This document shows, one piece after another, positions 52,236 through 55,494 of a DNA stretch of 55,494 nucleotides. The notes beneath the pieces are model-generated. The model saw only the letters and a list, made by a program, of their open reading frames with translations. It ran no database searches and was not told where the DNA came from. Origin of the DNA: a virus. Numbering within the stretch: the first letter of the stretch is position 1; the number at the start of each line of letters is the position of its first letter. The position numbers and the translations under genes are program-made. Location: positions 1 through 55,494 of the IMG/VR virus record IMGVR_UViG_3300002042_000005; one strand, 5' to 3'.

Positions 52236-52389
52236 CGACATCACGGTGACCGTGTTAGGCGTGAAAGGAAACCAGGTGCGCCTGGGCGTGCATGCGCCCA
52301 AGAATGTCGAAGTGCACCGGGAAGAGATCTACCAACGGATCCAAGCTGAGAGGGCGGCGCCTAAGGGCGCGGCTGGAGGTACGGCGTGA
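52189..52389 (+). CDS. csrA: Carbon storage regulator CsrA/RsmA homologue
   Basis: [54 protein letters not shown] is near-collinear with E. coli CsrA ([54 protein letters not shown]). A GAAGGAG SD lies 7 nt upstream. Confidence 0.92.
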   Translation: MLILGRRVGEVLMIGNDITVTVLGVKGNQVRLGVHAPKNVEVHREEIYQRIQAERAAPKGAAGGTA

Positions 52390-52601
52390 AGATCTTTCAG
52401 ATAAGAGTGGATAGCGTCGATGACCTGGTGCTGGCTGAGAACATGCACGATGCGGTGGAAAAACACATGGCTTGGATAATAAAAGAAAATTCCGAACACT
52501 TAGACTGCGACGAGGATTGGTATCAAGACATCCTCGAGCAAGTGGTGTGCATTGGCGAACTGAAAGAGGGCCCCGAGCCGGCAGCCGGAGAAACAATCTA
52601 A
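52386..52601 (+). CDS. Hypothetical acidic protein
   Basis: 71-aa ORF coupled to csrA (4-nt overlap) and to xis (TAATG). Confidence 0.45.
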   Translation: MKIFQIRVDSVDDLVLAENMHDAVEKHMAWIIKENSEHLDCDEDWYQDILEQVVCIGELKEGPEPAAGETI

Positions 52602-52924
52602 TGGCAGAAAATGGTACCGAGCTAAACCCCGATGAGCTGCTGGATGAGGCCGGCGCCATGGCGCTTCTGGGCTGCAAAACACCCGGCGCACTGAGGGGAT
52701 TGAGACAGCGACATATGACGTCTGGCTACCATTACGCGCAAGTTGCAGGTATGAAGGGCACCAGGTATGTCAAAGGGAGGTTGATAGAATGGCAGAACCA
52801 ACGGGCATCACGGGCGTTTTCAAAACCGACAACGGAAAGACCCTCATTGTTTTCCGACATGGATCGCGCCCCGGCAAACGATACCAGTGGGTCCTCGAGC
52901 TGGCGCCTACCCCGGCCGGCATAG
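52601..52924 (+). CDS. xis: Excisionase / AlpA-like DNA-binding protein
   Basis: From [38 protein letters not shown]...YVKGRLIEWQ, an Xis-type winged helix directly upstream of int. Confidence 0.55.
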   Translation: MAENGTELNPDELLDEAGAMALLGCKTPGALRGLRQRHMTSGYHYAQVAGMKGTRYVKGRLIEWQNQRASRAFSKPTTERPSLFSDMDRAPANDTSGSSSWRLPRPA

Positions 52925-53912
52925 CTCGTGCCGCTCAGATCCTTGAACAGCGCCGGGAACGCGTGCGCGCCGGGTTACCACCTATTCAGCCAGACGCTGA
53001 GGATCCATTGGTGGGTGACGCGGCCACACAATGGGCCAAGGAGATGATGCCCAGCTTGACCAACCAGACCCCGCCCTCTCCCGTCGAACGGTAAACGACT
53101 ACATCAGCGCCATGGAACGGATTTGGCTGCCCACCACCGGGCACTTAAAGATCCGGATGCTGAGGTTTTCCCACCTCCGGGCGATCGATAACGACCGCGA
53201 CTGGGGTAACAACAAGACACGCACCAACGCAAGACTTGCCGTGCGCCGCTTCCTGGGATGGGCGCTGCAAGGGGATCTGATCGACCACAACCCAGCGCTC
53301 AAGTTTGAAAAGCTCCGGATCCGCCGGCGTAAGGTGCTGGCATACGATCTGGACCAGGCACAGACGCTCGTGCAATGGATGATCGACAACGAATCAGCCG
53401 ATGCCGCGCTCTACTTCGGGCTGGGGTTTGACACCGGTATACGGCCGGGCGAACTCATCGCGCTGACCTGGGAAATGTTCGATGGTGATGGCTTTACAGT
53501 CAGCAAAGGCATGAGCCGTGGTGAGCTGGGTGATAACAAGAATCACACGGAGCGTTATGTACCGGTGTCGGAAGGCATGGTGACTTGGCTGGTAAAACAC
53601 CGCGCCACCCACATGGCCAAGGGTGAGCCCAACGGGCACGTTGTTCGAAACCAATACGGCCGGCCGTATCAGCGACCGTCCAAACTCAATGCTCGGTTTC
53701 ATCGCGCATGCAAGAAAACTGGGCTCCCCGATTACCTCGAGAAGCACAACCCGTACCCGTACCGCAAAACATTCGTCACCGGGCTGTATGAATCAGGAAT
53801 GGATCCGCGGGACGCGAGCCAAATTGCTGATCACAGTCAGCGCGTGGCGGAGCAACACTATGTCGCGCAGTCGAAGAAGCAACGACTAATCAAAGCCAGG
53901 AGGAAACTATGA
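52789..53912 (+). pseudogene. int: Tyrosine integrase split over two frames (arm-binding N-domain 52789-53094; core-binding and catalytic part from 53019/53031 to 53912)
   Basis: The N-terminal ORF GVFKTDNGKTLIVFRHGSRPGKRYQWVLEL...ILEQRRERVRAG is arm-domain-like. The C-terminal ORF carries the R..K..YRKTF..ADHS..HY catalytic pattern. The frames overlap at 53019-53094 with C-runs at 53069-53082. Confidence 0.75.
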
Positions 53913-54310
53913 CTCTTCCCGTCGAACCCGGATTACACATTAAGGTGGGTGAGCAATGGGAGCATTTTAAAGGGCTTGTAACGCACAGCCCGCAAGAACC
54001 TCACTACCCGCTGCACGAAGGCCCACCTGCCCCCACTCATATTCACGTGGTCGCGAAAGGGCTCGAGGAATGCAAGGCTCTTCCAGCCTTGAAGAATGCC
54101 CACGAACACAGAGAGGTTATCGAGCTAAGTTATGTCTTCCAGAGCGAAATGAGAGCAACGTACAAAGCAGTGACATTGAGCCAACCTCGCGAAATAGAAA
54201 AAGCTGCAAGCAGCGATCCTGAGTGCCTTGTTTACGAATTCATGCTCGAACAGTTCGAACCATTCTACTGGACGCACATTGAAGTAGGAGATCTGCTATC
54301 CAAGGTGTAA
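53909..54310 (+). CDS. Hypothetical protein
   Basis: 133-aa ORF with an ATGA overlap with the int stop. Confidence 0.5.
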   Translation: MTLPVEPGLHIKVGEQWEHFKGLVTHSPQEPHYPLHEGPPAPTHIHVVAKGLEECKALPALKNAHEHREVIELSYVFQSEMRATYKAVTLSQPREIEKAASSDPECLVYEFMLEQFEPFYWTHIEVGDLLSKV

Positions 54311-54411
54311 ACAATATTACTGAGGCGCAGATAACTAAAGAAGAGCTCGACCGACTGGCAAGAGCCGGTCTCGCGCTCGGCGACGTACTCACATTCAGGG
54401 GGGAGCGGTGT

Positions 54412-54798
54412 GTGGTTTTGAACTTAACGCCGCTCACGCTCTCACCTGAAAGTGATTGGCCCGACCAGAAATCCAGCGACGAAGATAAGCGAAACGAGAT
54501 TCTTCACCAGAGGGATGTCGGCTTGATACAGCGGGCGGCTGAAGATTGCGGGGTGCGATTCCCGGACACAAGCACTATTCAAGGCTACTTTCGAATTGCG
54601 CTGGCGCGAGGGTGGTTCAATTCAGAAGAGATACTATCTATCGCGGAGATCTGCCCAACCATTACCCAAGCCATCAAGCTCCACTGCAACCTGGGCAGGC
54701 TCAGCAACGAAGATTTGCGGAACCTAAACGTCGGGTATAGCGCAGTGGTCATTTCACTTCAGCGGGTCTACTTTAATCATTCTGGCGAGGGCAAATGA
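54412..54798 (+). CDS. Hypothetical protein
   Basis: 128-aa ORF with a GTG start preceded by GGGGGAG. The region is visibly AT-richer. Confidence 0.5.
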   Translation: MVLNLTPLTLSPESDWPDQKSSDEDKRNEILHQRDVGLIQRAAEDCGVRFPDTSTIQGYFRIALARGWFNSEEILSIAEICPTITQAIKLHCNLGRLSNEDLRNLNVGYSAVVISLQRVYFNHSGEGK

Positions 54799-55091
54799 TC
54801 AGTAAGAAAAAAGTGGCGCAAATTGAAACCTTTTATCGGATCAAAGCCCAATGCAGAACCGAGTTTCCAGAGCACTGGGTTGTGATACTTGAGACAGCGA
54901 CAAAGCTCTCAGAATCTCACCCGATCATTAAATTCGATACCGCTTACAGCTGGGTAACGCTCTACGTGCGATTAGTCGAAGACGGAGACAAAATGCCAAC
55001 CAAGGCGGTGTTCGATGCCATATACATGCGGAGCAAAACGCCTGAACTAGAAATGCTTGATCAAACGTTCCCTCCACCAGACAAGGAATAG
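54795..55091 (+). CDS. Hypothetical protein
   Basis: 98-aa ORF with a 4-nt overlap with the previous gene. Confidence 0.5.
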   Translation: MISKKKVAQIETFYRIKAQCRTEFPEHWVVILETATKLSESHPIIKFDTAYSWVTLYVRLVEDGDKMPTKAVFDAIYMRSKTPELEMLDQTFPPPDKE

Positions 55092-55095
55092 AACC

Positions 55096-55446
55096 GTGGC
55101 ACTAACACGACGCAATATGCTTAAAGGGTTGAGAGGCGCGCTATTGCCGGTTGCGACGGCGCTTGCCTGCAATTCAAGCAAGGCCCTTAAGCTGGAAGAC
55201 ACGGTAGCCAAACCAATCGGCAACTGGCATGGGATTGGGGTAAGGACTCTTCAATCCGGCGGTCTCGTTAAGTTGCAGAAAGGAGAAAAAATCCTCGGCG
55301 TCTCCCTGCCATACAGGTACAAGCACCCACAGATGCCAATTGAGTTGTTTATCGATCCGCGACTTGGAGAAGTGAGAGTTTCAGAAGGCGGTAAAAATAA
55401 CCGTATGCCATCGGTAAGTCATCGGACCGATTCGGAGGAAAGCTAA
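55096..55446 (+). CDS. Putative Tat-exported lipoprotein
   Basis: GTG 55096 (AAGGAA 8 nt upstream). The N-terminus VALTRRNMLKGLRGALLPVATALAC has a twin-arginine motif TRRNMLK plus a lipobox ALAC. The stop codon ends at the first base of the right att repeat. Confidence 0.55.
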   Translation: MALTRRNMLKGLRGALLPVATALACNSSKALKLEDTVAKPIGNWHGIGVRTLQSGGLVKLQKGEKILGVSLPYRYKHPQMPIELFIDPRLGEVRVSEGGKNNRMPSVSHRTDSEES

Positions 55447-55494
55447 GTGATTGATTTGCTGATGTTTGGTTGGCGGAGCGGACGGGACTCGAAC
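55446..55494. repeat. Right copy of the 49-bp terminal direct repeat (candidate att core; tRNA-Asp-like 3' end at 55471-55494, minus strand)
   Basis: Identical to 1-49. The window ends at the repeat boundary, so any continuation into the 5' part of a tRNA cannot be seen. Confidence 0.9.

Noticed and set aside
1-55494. CRISPR arrays, a diversity-generating retroelement near the tail fibre genes, transposases or IS elements, and toxin-antitoxin pairs.
   Set aside because: I saw no spaced short-repeat arrays. I recognised no reverse transcriptase or template/variable repeat pair, no transposase-like ORF or terminal inverted repeats, and no small adjacent ORF pair with a recognisable TA family.

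Overview
The window reads as one complete lambda-like temperate siphovirus prophage of about 55.4 kb. It is bounded by perfect 49-bp direct repeats (1-49 = 55446-55494). On the minus strand these repeats carry the last 24 nt of a tRNA-Asp-like gene, so they are probably attL/attR. Gene order mirrors lambda. The plus strand holds a cI-like repressor (42019-42474) and then an early operon (43500-53912) with a recombination exonuclease, a ParB-like protein, an HNH endonuclease, a HerA/FtsK-like ATPase, a CsrA homologue, xis and a frame-disrupted tyrosine integrase, followed by four cargo genes up to the att repeat. The minus strand holds a lambda-Cro-like gene (41891), a nin-like region (RuvC-like, VRR-NUC), a late regulator, a terminator, an initiator-type tRNA-Met and an M15 endolysin. 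After these comes an unusual 9-kb block of very large ORFs (27340-36089), then a cos-like repeat region. The rest of that strand is a fully lambda-syntenic head and tail module: TerS, TerL(gpA), W, portal B, S49 protease, scaffold, D, E, FII/Z/U-position genes, tail tube, G/GT frameshift chaperone, tape measure, M/L/K-like genes, an I-J fusion and a tail fibre. The most unusual content is: (a) a translationally coupled five-gene module after the tail fibre genes encoding two membrane-anchored PAS proteins with no output domains (1038-3801); (b) the late-operon cargo of 817-, 556- and 1088-aa glycan-binding or enzyme-like proteins between lysis and packaging genes; (c) a two-gene membrane module at the rex position (42525-43363); (d) phage-borne CsrA, an initiator tRNA and an oop-like small RNA unit. 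All family assignments come from motifs I recognise by eye. No searches were run.
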